From assembly GCA_963802945.1 (NCBI GenBank), contig CAWDKY010000015.1, positions 416,001-480,000 of the forward strand: 64,000 bases of DNA, written 5' to 3'. The notes below the pieces were generated by a model that searched no databases, was not told the origin of the DNA, and worked only from the letters and a program-made list of their open reading frames with translations. The position numbers were made by a program, and so were the translations under genes. The stretch is from an uncultured delta proteobacterium (GTDB taxonomy: Bacteria > Desulfobacterota > RBG-13-43-22). Shown piece by piece: positions 28,948-39,557 of the stretch; the first letter of the stretch is position 1, and each line of letters starts with the position of its first letter.

Positions 28948-29397
28948 GTGCTATTCACTATCTTAACGCCAATGAATTTTTTGCTCTTCGCCTTTAGCCT
29001 AATGCTGTTGTCGGTTCTGAAGCAGATGATCCCTATTAGTCGTTCACGGTCTTTGTCGGTTCTGCTGGTTTTTTTTGTCCTGGAGGGGTCTCTTTGGGCG
29101 GAAGCTCGGCCCGGCCTTATTCCCAAAGTGCAAGGCAGGGTTACGGTCAGATTACTCAGTGAGGAAAAGGCAACTCCCGTAAAGGCAGGTGACCCTGTTT
29201 TAGTCGGCCATTTGGTCCAGACGGAAAAAGAATCTAAGGCACAAATAGTTTTGAAGGACGATTCCCTTATCACTATTCTGCCGGAGAGCGAATTAAGGAT
29301 AAATCAATATAGCTATTCGTCCCGGGAAAAAAGAGCACGGGTGATAATCCAGGTATTTCACGGTAAAAGAAAATTATCAATACGCTTAGACGACTAA
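28948..29397 (+). CDS. FecR-domain protein, probably C-terminally truncated
   Basis: VQGRV...GDPV...VQTEKESKAQIVLKDDSLITILPESELRI; ends before the usual TP...GVRGT segment; start uncertain. Confidence 0.6.
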   Translation: MLFTILTPMNFLLFAFSLMLLSVLKQMIPISRSRSLSVLLVFFVLEGSLWAEARPGLIPKVQGRVTVRLLSEEKATPVKAGDPVLVGHLVQTEKESKAQIVLKDDSLITILPESELRINQYSYSSREKRARVIIQVFHGKRKLSIRLDD

Positions 29398-29520
29398 GAA
29401 TCTATTCGGCTTACCGTTTATTTGTTTTTCTTTACCTCTCTCAACCTTTCTTTGACAATATTGGGAAACAATAACAGCCTCCCCTTGACCCCGGTCCTTG
29501 ATTAGGGCATACTAACAGAC

Positions 29521-30591
29521 ATGCAAATTGGAATTATTGGACTCCCGCAAACAGGAAAGACGACCCTGTTTCAAGCCTTGGCCGGAGGAGAAAAAGCGAT
29601 CTCAGCTTATGCTTCCGGAAAATTAGAAATCCATACCGCAATGGCCGAGATACCCGACCCGAGGGTTGATCAACTTACAAAGATTTTTAAACCCAAAAAG
29701 ACCGTCTATGCCCAGGTAACCTTTGCCGATATCGCCGGACTGGATAAAGGGCTCAGTGAAAAGGGGCTTCCTGGGGCCTTTGTCAACCTCCTTGGTCAGA
29801 TGGACGCCTTCGTCCATGTCTTACGGGCCTTTGATAATCCTTCTGTAGCTCATAGTGAGGGTTCTATCAATCCCATTAGGGATCTTACCCTTCTCGATAC
29901 CGAGTTTTTATTGCAGGATCTCGCTGCCGTTGAGCGACGGTATGACCGGCTCTTGGAAGGCCTGAAAAAGGGGTCTCTGGACCGGGAACAGGGTCTTAAA
30001 GAAAAACAATGGCTCGAATCCATGAAGGCGGCCCTGGAAGAAGAAAAACCCTTGCGGGACCTGGGGCTGAGTGACGAAACCATCAAGCCCTTTCGGGGAT
30101 ATGGTTTTTTATCCCTCAAACCGGTATTAGTGGTGGTCAATACCGGGGATGATAGAAAAACAATGGATATTCCATATCAGCATCAAGCCAGTGCCGTGGT
30201 TTATCTGTCAGCCAGGCTGGAAAAGGAGATCTCGGAACTGCCTCCGGATGATGCCGCCGTGTTTATGCAAGAATATGCCTTAACTGAATTAAGTCGCAGC
30301 CGGGTACTCCAGCTTTCTTATGATCTGCTTGGTCTGCAATCCTTTTTCACGGTTGGTGAAGACGAGGTGCGTGCCTGGACCATCAGGCGTGAAGCCACGG
30401 CTCTGGAAGCCGCAGCCACGGTCCATTCAGACCTGGCCAAGGGATTCATCCGGGCCGAGGTGGTGGGATATGAGGAATTGATCGAACTGGGAGGAATGAA
30501 TCAGGCTAAAAACAAGGGCAAGCTTCGTTTGGAAGGCAAAGACTATAAGGTCCAAGACGGAGAGATCGTTCACATCAGACACAGTTCTTGA
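29521..30591 (+). CDS. ychF: YchF-family (Obg-like) ATPase
   Basis: GLPQTGKTT, DIAGL, FFTVGEDEVRAWT, GFIRAE, RLEGKDY. Confidence 0.88.
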   Translation: MQIGIIGLPQTGKTTLFQALAGGEKAISAYASGKLEIHTAMAEIPDPRVDQLTKIFKPKKTVYAQVTFADIAGLDKGLSEKGLPGAFVNLLGQMDAFVHVLRAFDNPSVAHSEGSINPIRDLTLLDTEFLLQDLAAVERRYDRLLEGLKKGSLDREQGLKEKQWLESMKAALEEEKPLRDLGLSDETIKPFRGYGFLSLKPVLVVVNTGDDRKTMDIPYQHQASAVVYLSARLEKEISELPPDDAAVFMQEYALTELSRSRVLQLSYDLLGLQSFFTVGEDEVRAWTIRREATALEAAATVHSDLAKGFIRAEVVGYEELIELGGMNQAKNKGKLRLEGKDYKVQDGEIVHIRHSS

Positions 30592-30748
30592 TTGAAAGGC
30601 CTTAGAGAAAATTACAGGTTGCTGAAACCGGGTAACCCCCGAAGGGGTGGGAGTGAGACGAAAGGTTTTCTTTATTCTGTTAAGGATAAACCGAAGATAT
30701 TAGAAATTCAAATTTTTTCTCCATGTTCAATGCCTCGTGTTACAGAAT

Positions 30749-31414
30749 TTAAACCGCCCTGCTCCGATTATTTTTTGAAGATTCCATCCGTTGACGAAAG
30801 AATTCAATAATACCCGGCAGCACAGAGATGAAAATAATGGCAAAAATAACAAGGGTAAAGTTCCGTTTGACCACAGGTATATTGCCGAAGTAAAACCCGC
30901 CTAACACGAAGACAGGAATCCAACAGATGCTGCCCGCCACGCTGAAGGTGATGAACTGGCTGTATCTCATTTTTCCTATGCCGGCCACAAAGGGGGCAAA
31001 GGTGCGCACGATAGGGACGAAGCGGGCGAGAATGATGGTTTTTCGCCCGTACTTTTCATAAAAGTTATGGGTCCTGTCGAGGTACGCCTTGTTGATGAAC
31101 CGGGAACCCTTACCGGCGAGAAGTTTTGCCCCGATACCCCGGCCTATCCAGTAGTTTGTCGAGTCGCCCGCTATGGCAGCAAGGGGAAGAGAAGCAGCGA
31201 GCCACCCAATATCGAGAGCGCTAAGGGCGGCGAAACTGCCCGCAGCAAAGAGGAGCGAATCTCCTGGAAGGAATGGGGTAACCACCAGCCCGGTTTCAAT
31301 AAAAATGATGACAAAAAGGATCAGATAAGTCCAGAGGCCGTAATCCCGGATAATGACACTCAAATGTTGATCCAGGTGTAAAAACAGGTCTATAAAATAG
31401 GCTATCCATTCCAT
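30749..31414 (-). CDS. DedA family membrane protein
   Basis: ETGLVVTPFLPGDSLLF, ARFVPIVRTFAPFVAG. Confidence 0.92.
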   Translation of the reverse strand: MEWIAYFIDLFLHLDQHLSVIIRDYGLWTYLILFVIIFIETGLVVTPFLPGDSLLFAAGSFAALSALDIGWLAASLPLAAIAGDSTNYWIGRGIGAKLLAGKGSRFINKAYLDRTHNFYEKYGRKTIILARFVPIVRTFAPFVAGIGKMRYSQFITFSVAGSICWIPVFVLGGFYFGNIPVVKRNFTLVIFAIIFISVLPGIIEFFRQRMESSKNNRSRAV

Positions 31415-31549
31415 GAGGTCTGGGGTGTTCCCTTCCTTATTAATATTAATCAATGTGGTTGAAACATACCATACCCGATCCAAGTATTGCAAGGTAAGTT
31501 CAAGGGGAACTTATTTGATCAAATGGAAAGAAAATGATAACTTAGTGTA

Positions 31550-31783
31550 ATGTCAGATCAAGATTTTCAAATTGAAGTGTCCTGTTACTCGGGCTTCAGG
31601 TATGGGGAGAGACCGATTTCTTTTAAACTCCTGGAAAGGACCTTTAAGGTCATAGAGATCCTGGATCAATGGTATGGGGAAGACCATCTTTATTTTAAAA
31701 TCAAGGCCGATGATCAGAGGGTTTATCTGCTGAAATACGAACAAGCTAAAGATCAATGGTCCCTGACAGGCATGATTCCCTAA
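31550..31783 (+). CDS. small conserved hypothetical protein
   Basis: 77 aa, VSCYSG..GERP..F...ILDQWYG...YFKI.ADD pattern; coding-like composition. Confidence 0.65.
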   Translation: MSDQDFQIEVSCYSGFRYGERPISFKLLERTFKVIEILDQWYGEDHLYFKIKADDQRVYLLKYEQAKDQWSLTGMIP

Positions 31784-32044
31784 AAAGACCTCTTCCTTTT
31801 CTTGGATTTCACCGTGGATTTGTCTTTCAGAAATAGAGGAGTGGCCTTAAAAAATATTTGACAAGGTGCGCCCTTCTGAAGGCAACTGATTGTTGTAACC
31901 AGGAAAGGTTATGAATTGCTGAATGTATTGCTCGAAGATATTTTGTGTGTGTGGGGGGTTAATAAACGACTTAATGTTGCAAAAAAAAGCCAAATTTTTT
32001 AAACGGCCTTTTTCATCAAAAAAAGTTTACCAAGGAGAAGAAAA

Positions 32045-32611
32045 ATGGATTTCAAAAAGTTATTAGAAGTCAGACGGGCCATTCGGGATTATGAGGACAA
32101 AGCCGTATCCGCTGATCTCATCAAGGAGATCATCAAGGACAGTATCAAGGCCCCCAATGGCCGCAACCTCCAGGCCTGGCGTTTTGTCATCATCAACAGC
32201 AGAACATTTATAAACCGAATCACAGAAGCGCAGAAAAAAATCATCCTGGAAGATTTGGACAAGAATCCCAATTCACCTTACAAGATGATCGAGGCCGCGG
32301 TCAAGAGCGGGACCTTCAGCCCATTTTATAACGCCCCGGCCCTGGTTTTGATTGTCGGGCCGAAGGATGTCCGGACCCTGCCGATCGACTGCGGAATACT
32401 GACAGCTTATTTCATGCTTTGTGCGTCAGCGCGGGGATTGGGGACCTGTTTCGCTTTCCAAGGAACATTGATTGAAGACAAAGCCATCCGCAGTGAACTG
32501 GGCATTCCCGAAGATTACAGGATTTTCGGATCCATTATCATCGGCTATCCCAAGGCGATCCCGCCCATGCCGGAGCGAAAGGAACCGGTGATACTTAAAA
32601 TTATATCATAG
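32045..32611 (+). CDS. nitroreductase family protein
   Basis: RRAIRDY, APNGRNLQAWRF, GLGTC, IGYP. Confidence 0.9.
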   Translation: MDFKKLLEVRRAIRDYEDKAVSADLIKEIIKDSIKAPNGRNLQAWRFVIINSRTFINRITEAQKKIILEDLDKNPNSPYKMIEAAVKSGTFSPFYNAPALVLIVGPKDVRTLPIDCGILTAYFMLCASARGLGTCFAFQGTLIEDKAIRSELGIPEDYRIFGSIIIGYPKAIPPMPERKEPVILKIIS

Positions 32612-32657
32612 CCGGGAACCGGGTGAGGGGTTCCAACCCAATCCGGTTAAACAAATC

Positions 32658-33659
32658 TTAATCAGAATTTTTCCCCAAGGGCGGATGGATTCCCCCTTTT
32701 TCATAGACCGCTCTCAGACGTTCAAGGCCTTCTTGGGGCAAAGGCCCTTTGATCTGGGCGGCAATCGCCTCTTCGAGATGGTCAAGCTCGGCCAGACCAA
32801 AAATGACGCAGGAGAGCTTCTTTTGAGCCAGGGCAAAGCGTATGGCCGTTTGGGCCCTTGTCCCATAATCGTTCCCGATTTCGGCAAAAATCTTTTTGGC
32901 TTTAATCGTTTCACTTTCAACCGTGTCCCCCGGGGTGAGCGGCCTTTCGCGGCCTGTTCTAGCCTCGGTGGCAATGACGCCCGCTGAAAAAACCCGTATA
33001 CCCATTGCGGCCACGCCGTATTTCTCACAGGCATCCAGGATGCCGGAAAAATCATAGACCTCCCAGGCTTTGGGTAGGCGGAATCCTGCACTCGGGTTAA
33101 GAAGGTTATAATAAACCTGAGCGGAAGAAAGCCGTCCGCTCTCAATTACCTTGATGATGTTCGGCGTTTCACCCAGGGCCGTGATCCCGAAATATTGAAT
33201 GAGCCCCTGATCCTTCACCCTTTCAAAACCGTCAAGAATACCACCCTTGCGTAAAATATCGGAAGCCGCGATCGTATACCCCTTGGTTAGAGGTCCGATC
33301 CGGTTGTGCAGTTGAAGCAAGGTGACGGAATTGCGTTTAAGGCGCTCAAGGCTGGCCGCCAGGCTCCTTTCAATCTGCCCTGGGATATCGCTCAGGTCTT
33401 TGGTGTCTATGGTGACTTTTGTGGAGATATAGGGGGCATCGTCGATCTCCTTGAGGAGCCAGCCCAGCGCTTCCTCGGACCGGCCCATTCCGTATGAGGG
33501 AGCGGTATCGATCCAGTTGATTCCAGCCTCCATGGCCCGTCGGACAGCCGCCCGTTTTGTTGCTTCATCCGAATTGATCAAGATACCGCCGACCGCCCCG
33601 CCGCCGAAGACCAGCTCTGAGACTTTCAAGTCGGTTGTTCCGAACTTACGATATTCCAT
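32658..33659 (-). CDS. aldo/keto reductase
   Basis: GINWIDTAPSYG, STK, SLERL, LLQLH. Confidence 0.9.
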   Translation of the reverse strand: MEYRKFGTTDLKVSELVFGGGAVGGILINSDEATKRAAVRRAMEAGINWIDTAPSYGMGRSEEALGWLLKEIDDAPYISTKVTIDTKDLSDIPGQIERSLAASLERLKRNSVTLLQLHNRIGPLTKGYTIAASDILRKGGILDGFERVKDQGLIQYFGITALGETPNIIKVIESGRLSSAQVYYNLLNPSAGFRLPKAWEVYDFSGILDACEKYGVAAMGIRVFSAGVIATEARTGRERPLTPGDTVESETIKAKKIFAEIGNDYGTRAQTAIRFALAQKKLSCVIFGLAELDHLEEAIAAQIKGPLPQEGLERLRAVYEKGGIHPPLGKNSD

Positions 33660-33684
33660 CCTTTAACCTATTGTTCCTTTGCCT

Positions 33685-34752
33685 TTAGGCCGCCTTACCC
33701 CGCTTCAGAGCCGTCATCCTCAGGGTTTCCATGGCATTTTTCGGGGGTATATATCTTTGGCTTTCCGGCTTCCTCTCCAGATGAAGCGCCTCGGTTGGAC
33801 ATTGGGTTACACAAAGACCGCACCCGATACACCGATCAAGATTGACCTGAGCTGTGTTCCCATCTTGTATTTCAATAGCCCCCATCTGGCAACGGTCAAG
33901 ACAGGATTCACAACCCGGGCAGAGATCTTGATCCACAACGGCAAAATAATCGGAGATTACTACGTCCGCCGGGTGGGGCATCTTATTCAGGGCACGAAGG
34001 AGGGCGCAACAATCGCCGCAGCAGCAGCATAATCCCCCTGGATTCTGAGAGTTGGTCAGTTGAATCACCAGTCCGGCCTCTTCGGCCACATCCAGGACCT
34101 TCAACGCTTCCTCCACAGATATTTGGCGTCCCAACCCCTGTTCAATATAATGTTGGGCTGAAGCCCCGAATTGCAAACAAACCTCTACCGGTTTACCGCA
34201 ACCCTTATCTACCAGTCCCTGTTGAACCCGGCAGATACATTTGGTCAGGGATATGAGTTTCTTTTTCTTGACGAGTTCCCTGGAATCCTCATAGGTGGCC
34301 ACAGGATTAGAAACTTCCAGAGAGTGGTTGATGGGAATGGCCCGCATCAGGGGATCTACCGACGTCAGACTATCTAAGAAGGCTTCATTAAAATATTGCT
34401 CACACAGCTTGGCCAATTCTTTATCCATGGCATCGAGTTGAAACTCATAGAGGCCCAGGATATAAGGGACGGCCCCGTAGTTAACTGTTTCTCCCCTGTG
34501 CCAGGTGAAAATATTTCTCTTTCGATTCATTTTTTGCAGGATTGGCTCTACGGTTTCAATTGGGCGTCCAAGCCGCTTGGCAATTTCCTCGGCTGTTTCA
34601 ACTTGTAGGTTCAATCCTAAAAACATTTCAGCTTCCTCTTCGGTGAAAATCTTTTTCAGAATTTTGAACTCCACTCCCGATTCGGTAAGCGGAAAGCCGC
34701 ATGAATATTGATCTAGTTTTTCACGTAACTTTTGATAAACCTCGCTGGGCAT
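33685..34752 (-). CDS. 4Fe-4S dicluster domain protein with N-terminal HTH-like region
   Basis: CICR, CCCCGDCC, CPGCESCLDRC, CIGCGLCVTQCP. Confidence 0.85.
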   Translation of the reverse strand: MPSEVYQKLREKLDQYSCGFPLTESGVEFKILKKIFTEEEAEMFLGLNLQVETAEEIAKRLGRPIETVEPILQKMNRKRNIFTWHRGETVNYGAVPYILGLYEFQLDAMDKELAKLCEQYFNEAFLDSLTSVDPLMRAIPINHSLEVSNPVATYEDSRELVKKKKLISLTKCICRVQQGLVDKGCGKPVEVCLQFGASAQHYIEQGLGRQISVEEALKVLDVAEEAGLVIQLTNSQNPGGLCCCCGDCCALLRALNKMPHPADVVISDYFAVVDQDLCPGCESCLDRCQMGAIEIQDGNTAQVNLDRCIGCGLCVTQCPTEALHLERKPESQRYIPPKNAMETLRMTALKRGKAA

Positions 34753-35213
34753 GGCCTCCTCCATTTAATTTGTCTTTATGAATTAAAAATATCCCCTGTT
34801 CATCCTAAAGTCAATGGATAAGGTTTTAGATAATTGTCCGTCGTCCTCAGTTATCAGCCATCAAAATTACCGACAAAAACCTTCTGCCTAGCCAAGCAAT
34901 CCAAGCTAAAAACTTTTGGAAAGGAGATAGGTGTAATATTAGTAATATTAGGGCCAAGTATTTTTTCTTGGTGTTAATCTTTGCTCTAATGACGTCACTT
35001 GTTGTAGATGTATGCACGCCTAGGTATCGAGACGATTCCACCTTTCTACTTGACTCTTTTTTTCTTCCCATTTTATAATCTCCCCTATAAAAAAATCTTT
35101 TCTAGTAGTGAAAAGTTGTGGTGAGGCATGATGGATGGAGTTGCCAGGAAGAATGAAAGGGTTTCTTCTGGATGGGCAATGACGAAAATGGTTAAAGAAA
35201 AGGAGATGCGAAC

Positions 35214-36449
35214 ATGACGAAATTGAAGGAAGTGGTAGTCGTGGATGCGGTGAGGTCGGCTATCGGCAAGTCGGGGCGGAAGGGAATGGAGAAAGGCGGC
35301 CAGCTTTGCCAGGCATCAGCTCAGGATTTCCTGGCCAACACCCTCCGGGGATTGTTGGACAGGGTTCACTCCCGATGTCCCAAGTTCGATGAAAAGGAAA
35401 TCGAAAACGTGATTATTGGGTGTCTGAGCCAGATCGGGGAGCAAGGCGCCAATATTGCACGCGTGGCCTCCCTCCTGGCCGGTATCCCTAACGAGGCGGC
35501 GGGCTGCACGGTGAACCAGTACTGTAATGCCGGACTCAAGGCCATCAATATCGCTGCGCACGAGATCATGGTCGGGGAAGGGGACATCATGGTCTGCGGA
35601 GGTGTGGAGATTATGTCCCACTATAATATGATGTCGGATATTCAAGTAGCTGTTGATGCCAATTATCCGGTTCGTTTATCATCTCGACTTGAGGAAGGCG
35701 GCCTGAGCGTACCTCAGGGGGTTTGTGCCGAGATGATCTCCGCGGACCAGGGTCACACCCGGGAGGACCTGGAGCGCTTCGGCATGTGGAGTATGCAGAA
35801 AGCGATTCAGGCCGAAAGGAAGGGATGGTTTGCCGATCATATTGTCCCCTTCGAGTTCACCTGGGAGGGAGTGACCCGAAAAGTGGAAAAAGATGAAGTT
35901 CTGAGGACAAAGGCGGTGGAGAACCCGGAAGGATACCTCCGGGATCTCATGGCCCTTTCCACTCCATTCAAGGAAAAAGGGCTGGTCAGCGCAGGCAACT
36001 CCTCGCAGATCGTAGATGGAGCGGCGGCGGTCCTGCTCATGAGCGCGGACAAGGCTGAGACACTGGGCATTGAGCCCCTCTGTAAAATTGTGTCCTGCGC
36101 CGTGGCCGGGGGCGAGCCGGTGCCCATGCTCCTGGCGCCAATCCCGGCCGCGAGGAAGGCCCTCAAGCGAGCCGGCAAGACCATCAAGGACATGGACATC
36201 ATTGAGCCCAACGAGGCTTTCGCCTCCCCATTGCTCCAGTTTGCAGATGAGCTCGGCTACGACCGCTTCGACCCCAGAGTGAATCCGACGGGGGGGGCCA
36301 TTGCTTTGGGACATCCTATTGGTGCGTCCGGGGCCGTTTACTTCGGGGAGATGGTCCATCACCTCAAGCGCACTGGCGGGAAGGCCGGCCTCCAGATGAT
36401 CTGCGGTGGTGGAGGTATTGGTATCGCCACCGTGGTGGAAGCGGTTTGA
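35214..36449 (+). CDS. thiolase (acetyl-CoA C-acyltransferase)
   Basis: NQYCNAG, GGVE, NEAFA, GGAIALGHPIGASG, CGGGG. Confidence 0.92.
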   Translation: MTKLKEVVVVDAVRSAIGKSGRKGMEKGGQLCQASAQDFLANTLRGLLDRVHSRCPKFDEKEIENVIIGCLSQIGEQGANIARVASLLAGIPNEAAGCTVNQYCNAGLKAINIAAHEIMVGEGDIMVCGGVEIMSHYNMMSDIQVAVDANYPVRLSSRLEEGGLSVPQGVCAEMISADQGHTREDLERFGMWSMQKAIQAERKGWFADHIVPFEFTWEGVTRKVEKDEVLRTKAVENPEGYLRDLMALSTPFKEKGLVSAGNSSQIVDGAAAVLLMSADKAETLGIEPLCKIVSCAVAGGEPVPMLLAPIPAARKALKRAGKTIKDMDIIEPNEAFASPLLQFADELGYDRFDPRVNPTGGAIALGHPIGASGAVYFGEMVHHLKRTGGKAGLQMICGGGGIGIATVVEAV

Positions 36450-36503
36450 TCTCCGGAAGATTACTTTTTAACTTGAAGAAGGTGATAAGTGAGCCGGGTT
36501 AAG

Positions 36504-38222
36504 TCATTTTTTTAAGTTGCTCAAATAGGATTGTACCTGCTCGCTATCCAAGCAATTAAAAACATCTTCTTTAGACAGCCAGCCCTTGCGGGCCATGCCC
36601 ACTCCATAGGAAATATCTTCCAGTCCGTCCAGGTGATGGGCATCGGGATTGATGGCGATCTTGATACTCAGCTCTTTGGCCTTTTTCATCAACCGCCAGT
36701 CCAGATCCAGGCGATGGGGGTTGGCGTTCAATTCGATGATGACTCCATTATGCGCCGCAGCCTCAAGGACTTGATTCATATCCACCGGATATGGATCACG
36801 GGCCAGAAGAAGGCGGCCTGTCGGGTGCCCTAACATCGTGGTGTAGGGGTTTTCTATAGCTCGAATGACCCGACGGGTCATCTCCGCCTCGGTCATGTTA
36901 AAACGGGAATGGACCGAGGCGATGACAAAATCGAATTGGGCCAATTCCTCGTCGGAATAATCGAGCGATCCGTTCGGCAAGATATCGGATTCGATCCCCC
37001 AAAACAAATGCACCTTTTTTTGTTTCTGATTTATAGCGGCTATCTCTGCCCGCTGCTTTTCCAACTGATCCGTCTTTAATCCCCCGGCATAAGCGGCCGA
37101 CTGGCTGTGGTCGGAAATACCAAGATACTTTAAACCCGCTTGGTCAGCCGCCTGAACCCATTGAGAAAGGGTTGGAGTTCCGTCGCTGAAATGGGTATGG
37201 AAATGAAAGGCCCCCCGGATATCCTTTTCCTCCACCAGGACCGGCAGGGTATAATTTTCTGCGGCCTCGATTTCCCCCCAGCCCTCACGAAGTTCCGGCG
37301 GTATATAATCAAGTCCCAATAGGCGGTAGATATCCATTTCATTTTTACAGGGAAGGATGCTTTCTCCCTTAAACAACCCATATTCATTGATTTTGTAGCC
37401 CAGATCCTTGGCCCTGGGCCGTAAGATCATATGATGCTCTTTGCTGCCAGTGAAGTGATGGAGGGCATAAGGAAATTGTTTTGGCCTTACAACCCTGAGG
37501 TCTGCTTGGACACCGCTATCGAGAAGCACCGAGGATTTGGTTGAACCTTTGCTCAGGATTTGATTGACCATCGGCAGGCTGATAAAAAAATCCATGACAT
37601 CTTCCGGATGGGCGCTTTCGGCCACCAGGTCCATATCCTTTACGGTTTCCATCCTGCGGCGCAGGCTTCCAGCCAGAGAGCCCCGGAGGGTCTTGGGGTG
37701 TTTGTTGATCTTCTCAAGAACTTCTGAGGCCAAGGGATAGATCCCTCCAAAAAGAAAACGCCCTTGAAATCGCTTGAATTGCTCGATCCCCTGCAGAATT
37801 TTTTCCTGGGATTTCGGGCCAAAACCCGGCAGGGTGAACAATCTATTCTCATGGCAGGCATACTCCAGTTCGCCTACGGACTTGATGCCCAGTTTCTCAA
37901 ATAACTCTTTGACCTTCTTGGGACCAAGGCCAGGCACTCGGAGCATCTCCCGGACACCTTCCGGGAAGGTTGCCTTGAGTTCTTGAAGCAAAGGGATGGA
38001 GCCGTCTTGGATCAGTTGGGTAATCTGAAGGGAAAGGGTCTTGCCGATACCTTTGATCTGGGAAAGGGTTCCGGAACGAATCAGTTCCGAGACAGAAGAC
38101 TCTTGGGCCTCAATGATCCGGGCCCCTTCGGCATAGGCCCTGATCTTGAATGGATTTCCCCCGGACAGTTCCAGGAGCAGGGCGATCTCGTTGAGGATTT
38201 GGGCTACGTCCTTATTGTCCAT
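36504..38222 (-). CDS. polX: DNA polymerase X / PHP domain protein
   Basis: NPFKIRAY, AGSLRR, KDMD, FTGSKEH; PHP motifs HFHT, SDHS, HPTGR, NPDAH. Confidence 0.92.
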   Translation of the reverse strand: MDNKDVAQILNEIALLLELSGGNPFKIRAYAEGARIIEAQESSVSELIRSGTLSQIKGIGKTLSLQITQLIQDGSIPLLQELKATFPEGVREMLRVPGLGPKKVKELFEKLGIKSVGELEYACHENRLFTLPGFGPKSQEKILQGIEQFKRFQGRFLFGGIYPLASEVLEKINKHPKTLRGSLAGSLRRRMETVKDMDLVAESAHPEDVMDFFISLPMVNQILSKGSTKSSVLLDSGVQADLRVVRPKQFPYALHHFTGSKEHHMILRPRAKDLGYKINEYGLFKGESILPCKNEMDIYRLLGLDYIPPELREGWGEIEAAENYTLPVLVEEKDIRGAFHFHTHFSDGTPTLSQWVQAADQAGLKYLGISDHSQSAAYAGGLKTDQLEKQRAEIAAINQKQKKVHLFWGIESDILPNGSLDYSDEELAQFDFVIASVHSRFNMTEAEMTRRVIRAIENPYTTMLGHPTGRLLLARDPYPVDMNQVLEAAAHNGVIIELNANPHRLDLDWRLMKKAKELSIKIAINPDAHHLDGLEDISYGVGMARKGWLSKEDVFNCLDSEQVQSYLSNLKK

Positions 38223-38346
38223 GAGGAGAAAAGAAGATGATGAAAGATATTTGACAGTTTTTTTTATATTAAATTACCATTGAAAGGGAAGTCAAGGATA
38301 AAACCAGGGAGCAGAAACAAGGAACAAGGTCCGGGTAATGTCAGGC

Positions 38347-39036
38347 TCATATCTTGATTTTTTTCCAGTCGCCTCTGGAAAAACGCCACCAGAGTAAAGC
38401 TCCTCGTGTATTGATATCCAATACAGCCGCCGACCATGCTCCAACAGGGCCAAGCTGAATAGCGAGGGCCAGAAAATAAGCCAGCGGAAGTCGTAAGAGC
38501 CAAATGCAGCCGGTCATGATCAACAATACCCACCTGGTGTCGCCGGCACCTCGGAGACCGCCGGCCAGGGTATTGCTCGTTCCCATCATGGGCATGGCCA
38601 AGGCCCATATCTTCAGGCTCAAGGCCGACAGGGTAATCACCTGCAGATCGGATATGAAGAGAGAGGCCATCCCGGCGCCGAAGAAAAACATGATAACTCC
38701 GACCATAGTCATGACCATCATAGCGTATTTCCGCGCAAGACGGGCGGCCATTTCACCCACTTCCGGGCGCCCTGCCCCCAGGGATTGGCCGACAGCGGCC
38801 AGGGCTGAAGCGCCAAGACGGCCCACCAGAATAGTATTGATGAGTCCACCGAGGTCGAAAAAAGTCGTCTCCAAGACAACGGGCCAGGCCAAACGAAGCA
38901 CTGTCCTCGGCAGATCCGCTTTGGTCAGCGTTTCAATAAGTATGGTTTTTGCCCCTTTGGGGGCGCCGTTTTCAGGCATATCTGTTCTTTGTCGATTCTC
39001 AGTATCTTTGGAAGATAAACTGGAAATGGTTTGCAA
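38347..39036 (-). pseudogene. MATE family efflux transporter with a large in-frame internal deletion
   Basis: LAWPV...LGASALAAVG joined directly to second-lobe QSLGAG...LRGAGDT; 229 aa versus about 450 typical. Confidence 0.75.
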
Positions 39037-39244
39037 GACCTGGATTGGAAAAGAAGCTGCTTTTTGATGGGTAAAGTATAGGCAAAGAAAAAAAATGGGT
39101 CAAGGGGAAAAGTTTAAATAGGCGTTGTCCCAAGTTTCTTATTTAAAGATTGGGAGTTGATGTCATTGAACCGCATGCGCCTGCTTCCGTCTTCTCACCA
39201 TCATGGAAGCCAAGGAATGTTCAGTGTCGTCACTCTTCTGTATT

Positions 39245-39266
39245 ACTAGTGCCTGACCCCGTTTAC
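39245..39266 (+). repeat. cassette downstream motif B (related to the reverse complement of 63133-63161)
   Basis: ACTAGTGCCTGACCCCGTTTAC versus ACTAATGCCTGA(ACCTTGA)CCCCGTATAC. Confidence 0.55.
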
Positions 39267-39557
39267 CCACTCATCTTTTGTTTTGGGATGGATGATAAAG
39301 CGATGTAGAATAATTGGGTTAGATCAAAAAAAATCGGCCCAATGGGAAAAAATAAGTTGTTTTAGAACCAACGTCCACTCCTACGGAACATCAACCTGTG
39401 AAATTTCAGCAAGAGTAAAGACGTTGAAAACCTGGGGCGGTTCTAACACGTCTATTCCCTGCAAGAAAAAAATTGCTCTTTCTTGCATACGGAGAACCTT
39501 TTTCTCTTGACAGGGCCTTTTAATGGGTGACCCCAAAAACCACTAAACCAAATTTTT

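Noticed and set aside
30620-30670. c-di-GMP-I riboswitch-like hairpin (CCCC-GAAG-GGG)
   Set aside because: Lacks the GGCAAAC/GACGCAAA core and lies between convergent genes
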